A stretch of 64,000 bases of DNA, taken from an uncultured Syntrophaceae bacterium. GTDB lineage: Bacteria; Desulfobacterota; Syntrophia; Syntrophales; UBA5619. The DNA lies in NCBI GenBank assembly GCA_964433455.1, contig CAYSSF010000001.1, positions 610 through 64,609 of the forward strand. Reading direction: 5' to 3'. This document shows positions 19,314 through 27,013 of the stretch, piece by piece. Both the position numbers and the translations under genes were made by a program. The first letter of the stretch is position 1. Each line of letters starts with the position of its first letter. The notes beneath the pieces are model-generated. The model worked only from the letters and a program-made list of their open reading frames with translations, did no database searches and had not been told where the DNA came from.

Positions 19314-19350
19314 AAGATGTCGATAGACCAATAAGGGGGATAAGAAGGAA

Positions 19351-19995
19351 GTGAATGGCCCAGGAATGAAAGAATCCGGTCAAAAAGTGATCAAGTCGGA
19401 GGACGTAAAATATTTCACGGCCCCGGGAGGACATGCCCCGTCGTCGGATGGGTTCGATTCGAAGAGGGTCCAGGATGCCTTTGCAAAAAAGATCCGGATC
19501 ACCGAAGAGGAGTCTCATCAAAGGGGGCTCTCGGACGGCATCCGCAAGGGAAGGGAACTTGAAAAAAAAGAGACCTTGAAAACCCTCCAGGCGATGTCCG
19601 CTATCGTCAAAGAAATGGCGGCGATGAAGAAAAGCACCCTTGCGAACATGGAAGAGGAGATCGTTCAATTGTCCCTGGCCATCGCTCGAAAGGTGATCCA
19701 TCTTGAAGCAACGACGAACCGGGAGGTGATCCGGAGCCTTCTCAAGGAGGCGATAAAGGGTATCAGTGACCGGGAGAATATGAAGATCCGGGTCCACCCG
19801 CAGGATTTTCACTTTATGATCGGGATCAAGAGCGACTTTCTGCAGAGCTTTGACGGGATCCGAAATGTGACCTTCGAAGAGGACGAATCGATTCAGCGCG
19901 GCGGGGCAATCATTGAAACCGTATGCGGAGAGGTCGATGCGCGACTGGAACAGCAGTACAATGAAATTAAAGCGGCCATGACCGCAGCGAAATGA
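19351..19995 (+). CDS. fliH: Flagellar export ATPase regulator FliH
   Basis: 'EEEIVQLSLAIARKVI' and 'GGAIIETVCGEVDARLEQQ' are typical of the FliH C-terminus. Directly precedes fliI. GTG start; ATG 19366 is an alternative. Confidence 0.85.
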   Translation: MNGPGMKESGQKVIKSEDVKYFTAPGGHAPSSDGFDSKRVQDAFAKKIRITEEESHQRGLSDGIRKGRELEKKETLKTLQAMSAIVKEMAAMKKSTLANMEEEIVQLSLAIARKVIHLEATTNREVIRSLLKEAIKGISDRENMKIRVHPQDFHFMIGIKSDFLQSFDGIRNVTFEEDESIQRGGAIIETVCGEVDARLEQQYNEIKAAMTAAK

Positions 19996-20031
19996 TATGC
20001 GACCCTTCTTCGATGAATCGATACTGCCCGC

Positions 20032-21345
20032 ATGATTGACTTTGCCAAATACCATCATCTCCTGGGACAGACGAATCCCATCCGGATTCATGGCAAGGTC
20101 ACTGAAATCATCGGACTGGTGGTGGAGGGAAACGGTCCTGCCGCCTCCATCGGTGAGCTTTGCGGAATCTTTCCGGCCGGATCGGACAAACCTGTCACCG
20201 CCGAAGTGGTTGGGTTCAAGAAGGGGAAGGTCCTCTTGATGCCGCTGCAAACCATTCAAGGGTTGAGCCCGGGATGCAAGATCGTCTCACTCGGCCGGAA
20301 AGCCGGCGTGAATGTGGGGAAAAACCTGCTGGGAAGGGTCATCGACGGCCTGGGGAACCCGATTGACAATAAAGGTCCAATTGAATGTGAAAACGACTAC
20401 CCCATCTACGCCGATCCGATCAATCCGCTCGAGAGGGGGCGCATCGCCGAACCGGTGGACCTCGGCATTCGGGCATTGAATGGCGTTCTCAGTTGCGGGA
20501 AAGGACAGCGAATGGGAATCTTTGCCGGATCAGGGGTCGGCAAAAGCATCCTGCTGGGCATGATGGCCAGGAATACCAATGCGGATGTGAATGTCATCGG
20601 TCTGATCGGCGAAAGGGGGAGAGAGGTTCGGGAGTTTCTCGAAAAAAGTCTCGGCAAGAAGGGGCTGGCAAGATCCGTCGTGGTGGTCGCGGGATCGGAT
20701 ATGCACCCGCTGATACGGATGCGGGCCGCATACGTGGCAACATCGATATCCGAGTATTTCCGTGATCTCGGGAAAAATGTGCTGCTGATGGTGGACTCCC
20801 TGACGAGATTTGCGATGGCGCAGCGGGAAATCGGCCTTTCGGTAGGAGAACCGCCGGCGGCCAAAGGCTATACCCCTTCCGTATTCAGCCTTCTTCCCAA
20901 ATTGCTGGAGCGTTCCGGCATCATGGAGAATCGCGGCAGCATCACCGGTCTTTATACGATTCTTGTGGAAGGGGACGATTTCAATGAACCGATCGCGGAC
21001 GCGGCAAGATCGATCCTCGATGGCCATGTCGTTTTGAGCCGGGAGCTCGCCAGCAAGAACCATTATCCGGCCATCGATGTGCTTCAAAGCATCAGCCGCG
21101 TCATGCTGGACATCGTCGATGACGAACATAAACAAATGGCCCGGAAAATCATGCAGATCCTGGCCACGCACAAAAAAGCGGAGGATCTCATCAACATCGG
21201 CGCGTATGTGCAGGGGAGTAACCCCGAGATCGATTATGCCGTCACGATGATCGATCGCGTCAACGGATTTTTGAAACAGGACATCGACGAGAAGATCGAT
21301 TTTCAACAGACCATCAAGCAGATGCGGGCGCTATTTGCGAAGTAG
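20032..21345 (+). CDS. fliI: Flagellum-specific ATP synthase
   Basis: Walker A 'GSGVGKSILLG' and 'LLMVDSLTRFAMAQREI'. 437 aa. Confidence 0.96.
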   Translation: MIDFAKYHHLLGQTNPIRIHGKVTEIIGLVVEGNGPAASIGELCGIFPAGSDKPVTAEVVGFKKGKVLLMPLQTIQGLSPGCKIVSLGRKAGVNVGKNLLGRVIDGLGNPIDNKGPIECENDYPIYADPINPLERGRIAEPVDLGIRALNGVLSCGKGQRMGIFAGSGVGKSILLGMMARNTNADVNVIGLIGERGREVREFLEKSLGKKGLARSVVVVAGSDMHPLIRMRAAYVATSISEYFRDLGKNVLLMVDSLTRFAMAQREIGLSVGEPPAAKGYTPSVFSLLPKLLERSGIMENRGSITGLYTILVEGDDFNEPIADAARSILDGHVVLSRELASKNHYPAIDVLQSISRVMLDIVDDEHKQMARKIMQILATHKKAEDLINIGAYVQGSNPEIDYAVTMIDRVNGFLKQDIDEKIDFQQTIKQMRALFAK

Positions 21346-21387
21346 GCAAACGGGCGTTGAACTGCTGCGGCTGCAGGTGTAAAGTAA

Positions 21388-21999
21388 ATGGCAAAAAAAG
21401 CGAAACTGGATATCCTGGAGATCGCCGCTGAGGGACCTGTCGCAGAGACGCGGCAAGATGAGGCGATCGTGGAAAATGGGGGAAGCGAAGGATCCTCCGG
21501 GGAACAAGCCGGTGGCGATTTTTCATCGAAGGTCATCGCATGGCTGCGTAAGCCCCTCTTCTGGATCATCTCGATCTCGGTCGCATTTCTCGGTTTGACG
21601 GCCGGCATCCTGGTCGGTTTTTATCAAAGCAGGGATGGGGGCACACCTGCCGTGCAGGGAAGGCAGGCTGTTACCGGGACCCTTTCCCCGGAGACAAAAC
21701 AGAGCACCCTCTTTGAGGGTATGGTCGTTGACCAGAAGGATGAAAAGGGCAACATCCGAATCGTTTTCTGCGATGTCGCCCTTGAACTGGAGAATCACAA
21801 GACTGCAGGCGCCATCACCGGTGATCGCGCCGATGTGAGAATGGTCATTTACGATGTGCTGAAAAGAGAGCCGGCGCAAGAAGGGCTTTCGCCGGCGGGG
21901 CGGGGTCGTTTGAAGGAAAAGCTGAAGCGGGAGATGAACGTATTGTTCGGTGAAAATCTGGTGAAAGAGGTCTATTTTACGCGCTATGAAATGGATTGA
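21388..21999 (+). CDS. FliL-family flagellar basal-body-associated protein (second copy)
   Basis: Single TM helix (LFWIISISVAFLGLTAGILVGF). The C-terminus 'LKEKLKREMNVLFGENLVKEVYFTRYEMD' parallels the FliL end 'GKVTKVYFTDFVIQ' at 58007. Confidence 0.7.
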   Translation: MAKKAKLDILEIAAEGPVAETRQDEAIVENGGSEGSSGEQAGGDFSSKVIAWLRKPLFWIISISVAFLGLTAGILVGFYQSRDGGTPAVQGRQAVTGTLSPETKQSTLFEGMVVDQKDEKGNIRIVFCDVALELENHKTAGAITGDRADVRMVIYDVLKREPAQEGLSPAGRGRLKEKLKREMNVLFGENLVKEVYFTRYEMD

Positions 22000-22081
22000 C
22001 CTGGCGCCGGGGCGGGTATGTCCAGGGACGACAGGGGCACGAATGATTTATCCATTGGAAGTCCATTATGGGGGATAAAAC

Positions 22082-22855
22082 ATGAATGAAACGGATCTTT
22101 ACTTATTTCTGGAGAAGAAATTTCTTGCCACTTTTCTGGACGAGCTCATGCCGGGGATTTTTCACAATTTTGCCAATCCGCTGAACGGCATTATGGGCCG
22201 CTCGAAATTGATGCAGCGGCGTCTGGAGGAGTTTGTCCGAAAAATCGAGAACCTTTACCCGGCAATCGAACAGGAGATCGGCGCGGATTACAAAAAATTG
22301 ATATCCGACATCGCGTCCATCAACAATGCATCCGACGAGTTTTTCGATATGTTCCGCATGGCGACGGGGAAATTTTATGCGCTCGGCTCCCGGGATGCCG
22401 AAAAGGTGAATCTCTCCGTTCTCATCGAAGCGGAACTGGGATTTGCGGATTTCTACCTGGACTATAAGCATAACGTCAAAAAAAAGATTCGTCTGGACAT
22501 GGACGTGCCGTGCATCTCCGGAATAACCGCCCATTATTCGATTGCCCTCTGGATGTTGATCCGTGAGGCAGCAAAAAATGCGCAAAAGCGGGATGGAGAG
22601 ACGCTGCGCATCGCCACGACCAGTGACGATCAATGGGTGATCGTGACCGTCAGCCATGTCGGCGGCAGTCTCATCCACGGGTGGAGGGAGATCTTGTTCC
22701 GTGCAAGCGCCGACGCGGATCCTCTGACCTGCGCCGCGGAGGGGGAGAAAGACCTGATCCAGGCGTTGATGCTGCTCCGACGGGCCGGCGACGTTGAGAT
22801 GACCCATGACGGGGATGCCGATCTCTTTACCATCCGGGTCCGACATCAACCATAG
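22082..22855 (+). CDS. Sensor-less histidine-kinase-like protein (degenerate ATP lid)
   Basis: H-box 'FHNFANPLNGIMG' and N-box-like 'LIREAAKNA'. The G1/G2 boxes are not recognisable ('SHVGGS'). No TM segment or sensor domain. Confidence 0.6.
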   Translation: MNETDLYLFLEKKFLATFLDELMPGIFHNFANPLNGIMGRSKLMQRRLEEFVRKIENLYPAIEQEIGADYKKLISDIASINNASDEFFDMFRMATGKFYALGSRDAEKVNLSVLIEAELGFADFYLDYKHNVKKKIRLDMDVPCISGITAHYSIALWMLIREAAKNAQKRDGETLRIATTSDDQWVIVTVSHVGGSLIHGWREILFRASADADPLTCAAEGEKDLIQALMLLRRAGDVEMTHDGDADLFTIRVRHQP

Positions 22856-22876
22856 AAAGAAGGGACAGGTCGAAAT

Positions 22877-23347
22877 TTGCCATCACTGCTCCATTTTCAG
22901 ATCATCATCGATATCACCTTTTTTGTTGTGATCATGCTTCTCTTGCTCCAGTTGAACAAGCGTGTGTCAAGAAATCAGCCGGGAGGCGATATCGCGACTG
23001 TCGGGGAACTGAAGCGTCTGATGAAGGACTCTCAGGGTTCTGCCGACCTCTTCCTCAGGACGCTTAAGGAAAGTGAGGAGAGGCTAAGCAAACTGGCCCG
23101 TCAACTCGATAGTCGAGAAAAACGGATCGTGATCCTCCTCGAAAAGGCGGAATCATCGATTCAAAAAATGGCCTCCCAGCAGGCCAGGACGGAATCCATC
23201 GGCTCGGATGGGGAAAAGTACGGGCAGATCCTCCGAATGGTTCAAGAGGGTCTCAGTCGGGAAGAGATCGCCAAGCGGCTGGGAGTCGCCATGGGTGAAA
23301 TCGATCTGGTTGTGGAGTTGGAACAGGCCAGGATCGGCCATTCATAA
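22877..23347 (+). CDS. Membrane-anchored coiled-coil protein, DUF2802-like C-terminus
   Basis: N-terminal TM helix, then coiled coil. The C-terminal 'YGQILRMVQEGLSREEIAKRLGVAMGEIDLVVEL' resembles the DUF2802 HTH-like motif seen in flagellar loci. TTG start. Confidence 0.5.
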   Translation: MPSLLHFQIIIDITFFVVIMLLLLQLNKRVSRNQPGGDIATVGELKRLMKDSQGSADLFLRTLKESEERLSKLARQLDSREKRIVILLEKAESSIQKMASQQARTESIGSDGEKYGQILRMVQEGLSREEIAKRLGVAMGEIDLVVELEQARIGHS

Positions 23348-23462
23348 CCGGACCTATCCGATTGCAAACGGTCTCCTGCTTGGGGAAACCAGAGGACGTG
23401 ATTCTGCAACAATCGGTTACTCTTATTGAATATATAATTTATCGCTGATCATCATTTTTTTC

Positions 23463-23490
23463 TCAAGTTTTGGCCAGCAACTGCCGATAT
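23463..23490 (+). promoter_or_regulatory. Sigma-28 (FliA) promoter TCAAGTTT-N12-GCCGATAT
   Basis: The -35 and spacer length are identical to the flaG and fliD promoters in this window. Lies 40 nt upstream of the small ORF. Confidence 0.72.
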
Positions 23491-23530
23491 ACCAATCAAA
23501 GAGTTTTATCTATAGAGGATGGTGTCAGAA

Positions 23531-23746
23531 ATGACGATATCGGCATACCAGGCGGACAATGTCATCAAGGCATACAACAAGCAGAGCAAGGCCAAGTTTC
23601 GCCTTGCCGACCAACAGAATTCGTCGCCGGAAAGATACGCCGATGTCGTGACGCTATCGGGCAGCGATTCCCTGAAGGCCGATGCGAACAAGAAAATTTC
23701 CTACAGCCTGTTGGATGTTCTGCTGAACAAGAAGATGGCGCCATAG
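23531..23746 (+). CDS. Sigma-28-dependent small protein (71 aa), unknown function
   Basis: MTISAYQADNVIKAYNKQ...YADVVTLSGSDSLKADANKK. It sits right after a strong FliA promoter. GAGGA lies 11 nt upstream of ATG 23531; ATG 23519 is an alternative start. Confidence 0.45.
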   Translation: MTISAYQADNVIKAYNKQSKAKFRLADQQNSSPERYADVVTLSGSDSLKADANKKISYSLLDVLLNKKMAP

Positions 23747-23869
23747 CGCTTTTGCCGCTCACGGGTGGCCGGATGCGGATGGGCTCACAAGAGACCGATG
23801 CGTTACGGTGCTCCAAGGACGAACGGTAGAGCGGTGGCATCATCCCGCCCTCCTTATTGGTGAGAAACC

Positions 23870-25354
23870 ATGCTGCAATGTTTAAATATCGAGGAGATGG
23901 TTCTGCTGAAGAAGAGAATCCTGATTGTGGATGACTATCCACCGATACGACATTTGATCCGTGACGCCTTGAGCCAGGCCGGCGATTATGAGATCAGCGA
24001 GGCCGGAAACGGCGCAGAAGCCGTCGAACAATGCCGCTGGAGCACCTTCGATCTGGTGATCAGTGATGTCATGATGCCCGGGATGGGGGGGATGGAGCTT
24101 CTCAACCGGATCAGAGAGATGAGCCCCGACACGTCGGTGATCATGATTACCGCCCATCCTGCGGTCGATTTAACGGTTTCGGCCATGAAAAAGGGGGCCG
24201 TCGACTTTCTAAAAAAACCCTTCAATATCGACAGTCTGTTATACAAGGTCAAGACCTGCCTCGATGAAAAGAAGTTGTCGGAAGAGGCTGGACCGAAGCC
24301 CGGCAGCGCCGAGACAAAAATCACGGATAAAACGAAAGATTTATCCGTACAGGGATTTATCTATGACTCCTTCGAAAACATCGACGGGGATAATGAATAC
24401 ATCTTCCGGAAAATTGTCGATCTCTCGATGAACATCGTCGACGGGGAAGAGTGCGCCCTGCTGTTGTTCGACGAAGAAGCGGGCACCTTTGACCCGAAGA
24501 TCCTGAAAAGCCCGGACCGCGATACCTATGAAAGGGTAGCCCTCCCGGCCCTTCAGACGGTTTTCCGCCAAGTCGCGAACGAGAAACGGGCACTGGTGAT
24601 CCATTCGACCGAGCGTCCCGAGATCGCGCCGTCCCTGATCTGCGCGCCACTGATGATTCGCGACAATATTTTCGGCATTCTATGCATCCGCAGAAAGGAC
24701 CACCTCGAACCGTTTACCGCAAAAGACCTGCACTATGTGGTCAGCCTGACCAAGCGCGCTTCCCTCAATCTGGAAAACCAGGTATTGTATGAAAGCGTCT
24801 ATAATAATGTGCTGGATACGTTCAAATCCCTTCTCACCTCCATCCAGGTTCGCGATCATTATACCGAAGAACATTGTTCCCGGGTTGCCGTTCTGTCCGT
24901 AAGAATAGCCCAGGCTATGCATTGCACCACCAGGGAGATTGAATCGCTTAAAATCGCCGCAATGCTTCATGATGTGGGGAAAATTGCGATACCGGACAAG
25001 ATCCTTCTGAAACCGGACCGATTGACCTTCGAAGAGTTTACATTCATTAAAGCGCACACCGAGGTTGGTTACCGGATCCTGCAACCGATCTTTCTGCTGG
25101 ACCAGGAACGAAACATTCTGCTGCACCACCATGAGCGTTGGGACGGAAAAGGCTACCCCGAGGGGTTGGTGGGGGCGGATATCCCCTTCCTTTCCCGGAT
25201 ATTGTCCGTTGCGGATTCCTTTGACGCAATGACCAACAACCGGCCGTACCGGTCCGCCATGGATGTTTCCACCGCCGTTGAAGAGGTAAAAAGGAACAGC
25301 GGCGTTCAGTTTGACACGGGCGTCGTCGAGTGTTTCCTGCAACTGTCTCTCTGA
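23870..25354 (+). CDS. Response regulator-GAF-HD-GYP c-di-GMP phosphodiesterase
   Basis: REC ('ILIVDDYPPIR', 'ISDVMMPGMGG'), a central GAF-like region, and HD-GYP motifs 'HTEEHCSRV', 'AAMLHDVGKIAIP' and 'HHERWDGKGYPEGL'. Confidence 0.9.
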   Translation: MLQCLNIEEMVLLKKRILIVDDYPPIRHLIRDALSQAGDYEISEAGNGAEAVEQCRWSTFDLVISDVMMPGMGGMELLNRIREMSPDTSVIMITAHPAVDLTVSAMKKGAVDFLKKPFNIDSLLYKVKTCLDEKKLSEEAGPKPGSAETKITDKTKDLSVQGFIYDSFENIDGDNEYIFRKIVDLSMNIVDGEECALLLFDEEAGTFDPKILKSPDRDTYERVALPALQTVFRQVANEKRALVIHSTERPEIAPSLICAPLMIRDNIFGILCIRRKDHLEPFTAKDLHYVVSLTKRASLNLENQVLYESVYNNVLDTFKSLLTSIQVRDHYTEEHCSRVAVLSVRIAQAMHCTTREIESLKIAAMLHDVGKIAIPDKILLKPDRLTFEEFTFIKAHTEVGYRILQPIFLLDQERNILLHHHERWDGKGYPEGLVGADIPFLSRILSVADSFDAMTNNRPYRSAMDVSTAVEEVKRNSGVQFDTGVVECFLQLSL

Positions 25355-25405
25355 TGCTCCCCGGTTGGTTCGCCGGGATCGGATTACGTCGATCCGAACG
25401 TCGCG

Positions 25406-26143
25406 TCACACCTTCAGTGCAGCATAGTGGCGTGTCACCTGCTCCACGTACCGCCTTGTTTCCACCGGCATCCGCCCCGGTCTGGTCTCAAGGTTGCCCA
25501 TCCCCCAGTTGTAGGCGGCAAGCGCAAGGGAGACATCACCGTCATACCGATCCAGCAACATCTTGAGATAACGCGTTCCCGCCTGGACATTTTCAACCGG
25601 ATCATACCCGTTTTGCACGCCCAGTTCCCGGGCCGTCTCCGGCATGAGCTGCATCAGTCCCATCGCCCCCTTCGGCGAGGTGCTGTTCGGATTGAAATTG
25701 CTTTCCGCCTTGATCACGCTGCGGACCAGGGCCGGATCGACGCCGTGGGTTTGGGCTGCCGCACGGATCGCGACATCGATCTGATTGTCGCGCGGCTCGG
25801 ATACGTCAATATTTTGGCCTATGGGCTGCTTATTTGACGAATCCACGGGGGGAATCGTCAAACGGTCCATGAAGACCGGAGAACTCGTCTCAACATCTAT
25901 CGGCCCCCCCGATGCAAGGGCCTGCATCAGAAGGGCATCCATCTGCCTCCTGGTATGGTTGACGATATCCATCATCTGCGCTTTTGAAACCGGTGGTGCG
26001 ACGGGTATAAAGCCCTCGGTCTCGTTACAAAGGGTTTTCTCCAGCAGCGCCTGGAAAACCTGGGGATCCGTTCGAACAGGGGGAGACACGGTCCCGGGTC
26101 TCCGGCATTTGTCGTCAACGGGCAGCAGGTGGTTCAGTGACAT
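25406..26143 (-). CDS. Lytic transglycosylase (SLT domain)
   Basis: 'AESNFNPNSTSPKGAMGLMQLMPETA' and 'AAYNWGMGN' are SLT catalytic-domain motifs. Confidence 0.88.
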   Translation of the reverse strand: MSLNHLLPVDDKCRRPGTVSPPVRTDPQVFQALLEKTLCNETEGFIPVAPPVSKAQMMDIVNHTRRQMDALLMQALASGGPIDVETSSPVFMDRLTIPPVDSSNKQPIGQNIDVSEPRDNQIDVAIRAAAQTHGVDPALVRSVIKAESNFNPNSTSPKGAMGLMQLMPETARELGVQNGYDPVENVQAGTRYLKMLLDRYDGDVSLALAAYNWGMGNLETRPGRMPVETRRYVEQVTRHYAALKV

Positions 26144-26182
26144 GGTCCTCGAATTCCTCTCAAGTTGATCCTACCGGCATCA

Positions 26183-26198
26183 ATCAACTTCCGTGCCA
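26183..26198 (-). promoter_or_regulatory. Sigma-54-like promoter, variant -12 (TGGCAC-N5-TTGAT)
   Basis: Perfect -24 element and spacing, with GA at -12. Lies ~40 nt upstream of the SLT gene start. Confidence 0.35.
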
Positions 26199-26280
26199 AA
26201 TCTCAAGCTTTGGCAGAGTGGCATGATTATCGCTTACTTCTCTGGCCGGATGGACTCATTTGGTTTTCAGGAGCATTGCC

Positions 26281-27006
26281 ATGGCGGGAGAGATCAAAAG
26301 AGAGGATGCAGGCTGGATCACCAAAAAAATTCTGGAATGCCGGCTCCATCTCAAGAAGGAAAATATCTATTCGTGTCTGGCGACATTCAAGGATGCTCTC
26401 GAAAAGATGCATACGACGAGAATGCTCCCGGTCGACGAAAAAAAACTGCACCAGGAGATCAATGCGTTTCAAGCCGATCTGGCTTCCTCCCATGCATTCA
26501 GGCATCTCTACGGGCCGGTTACGTTCAAGGACGACGATACAGAAACCGCTCTCGATTTCATGAAGCAACTTATCCAGATCAAGGAAGAAGAGATCGCAGA
26601 GGCGATGGAGACCCAGAAAAACGGGGCAGCATCGGGCGACAAGCCGGATGACTTCCAGCGGCGGGTTCAGGAGATCATGCTCTGTGTCGAGAAGGGGGAC
26701 TTTGACGTTGCCAGAAGCCTGGCGGAAAAGGATGAGGAGGCAGCCGATGTCCTGATCGAGGGTTACAATACATCCGGAATTCAATTCAGAATGGCCGGAG
26801 ATTTCGATAAGGCCGTCGTGACTTTCAAGAAGGCCCTTTTTGTCCGTCCCGGCGATGAGGGGCTCTATTACAACATGGCCAGGTGCCATATCGAGTCGGG
26901 TGACTGGAAGGCGGCCGACATCGTCATACAAGACGCTATCGATAAAAATCCCGACTTTCAAGAGGGTCTCCGGCTTCAGGCCTTCATCAGAAAGAATCTG
27001 ACCTGA
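26281..27006 (+). CDS. TPR repeat protein
   Basis: ATG 26281 is preceded by CAGGAG at 8 nt. The C-terminal TPRs read 'GDFDKAVVTFKKALFVRPGDEGLYYNMARCHIESGDWKAA'. Confidence 0.7.
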   Translation: MAGEIKREDAGWITKKILECRLHLKKENIYSCLATFKDALEKMHTTRMLPVDEKKLHQEINAFQADLASSHAFRHLYGPVTFKDDDTETALDFMKQLIQIKEEEIAEAMETQKNGAASGDKPDDFQRRVQEIMLCVEKGDFDVARSLAEKDEEAADVLIEGYNTSGIQFRMAGDFDKAVVTFKKALFVRPGDEGLYYNMARCHIESGDWKAADIVIQDAIDKNPDFQEGLRLQAFIRKNLT

Positions 27007-27013
27007 GGAAACG

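Noticed and set aside
23470-23829. 119-aa alternative-frame ORF overlapping the 71-aa sigma-28-dependent ORF.
   Set aside because: It starts inside the promoter itself at TTG. It is Cys/Arg/Gln/Gly-rich and unlike a real protein. The other frame has an RBS and a plausible sequence.
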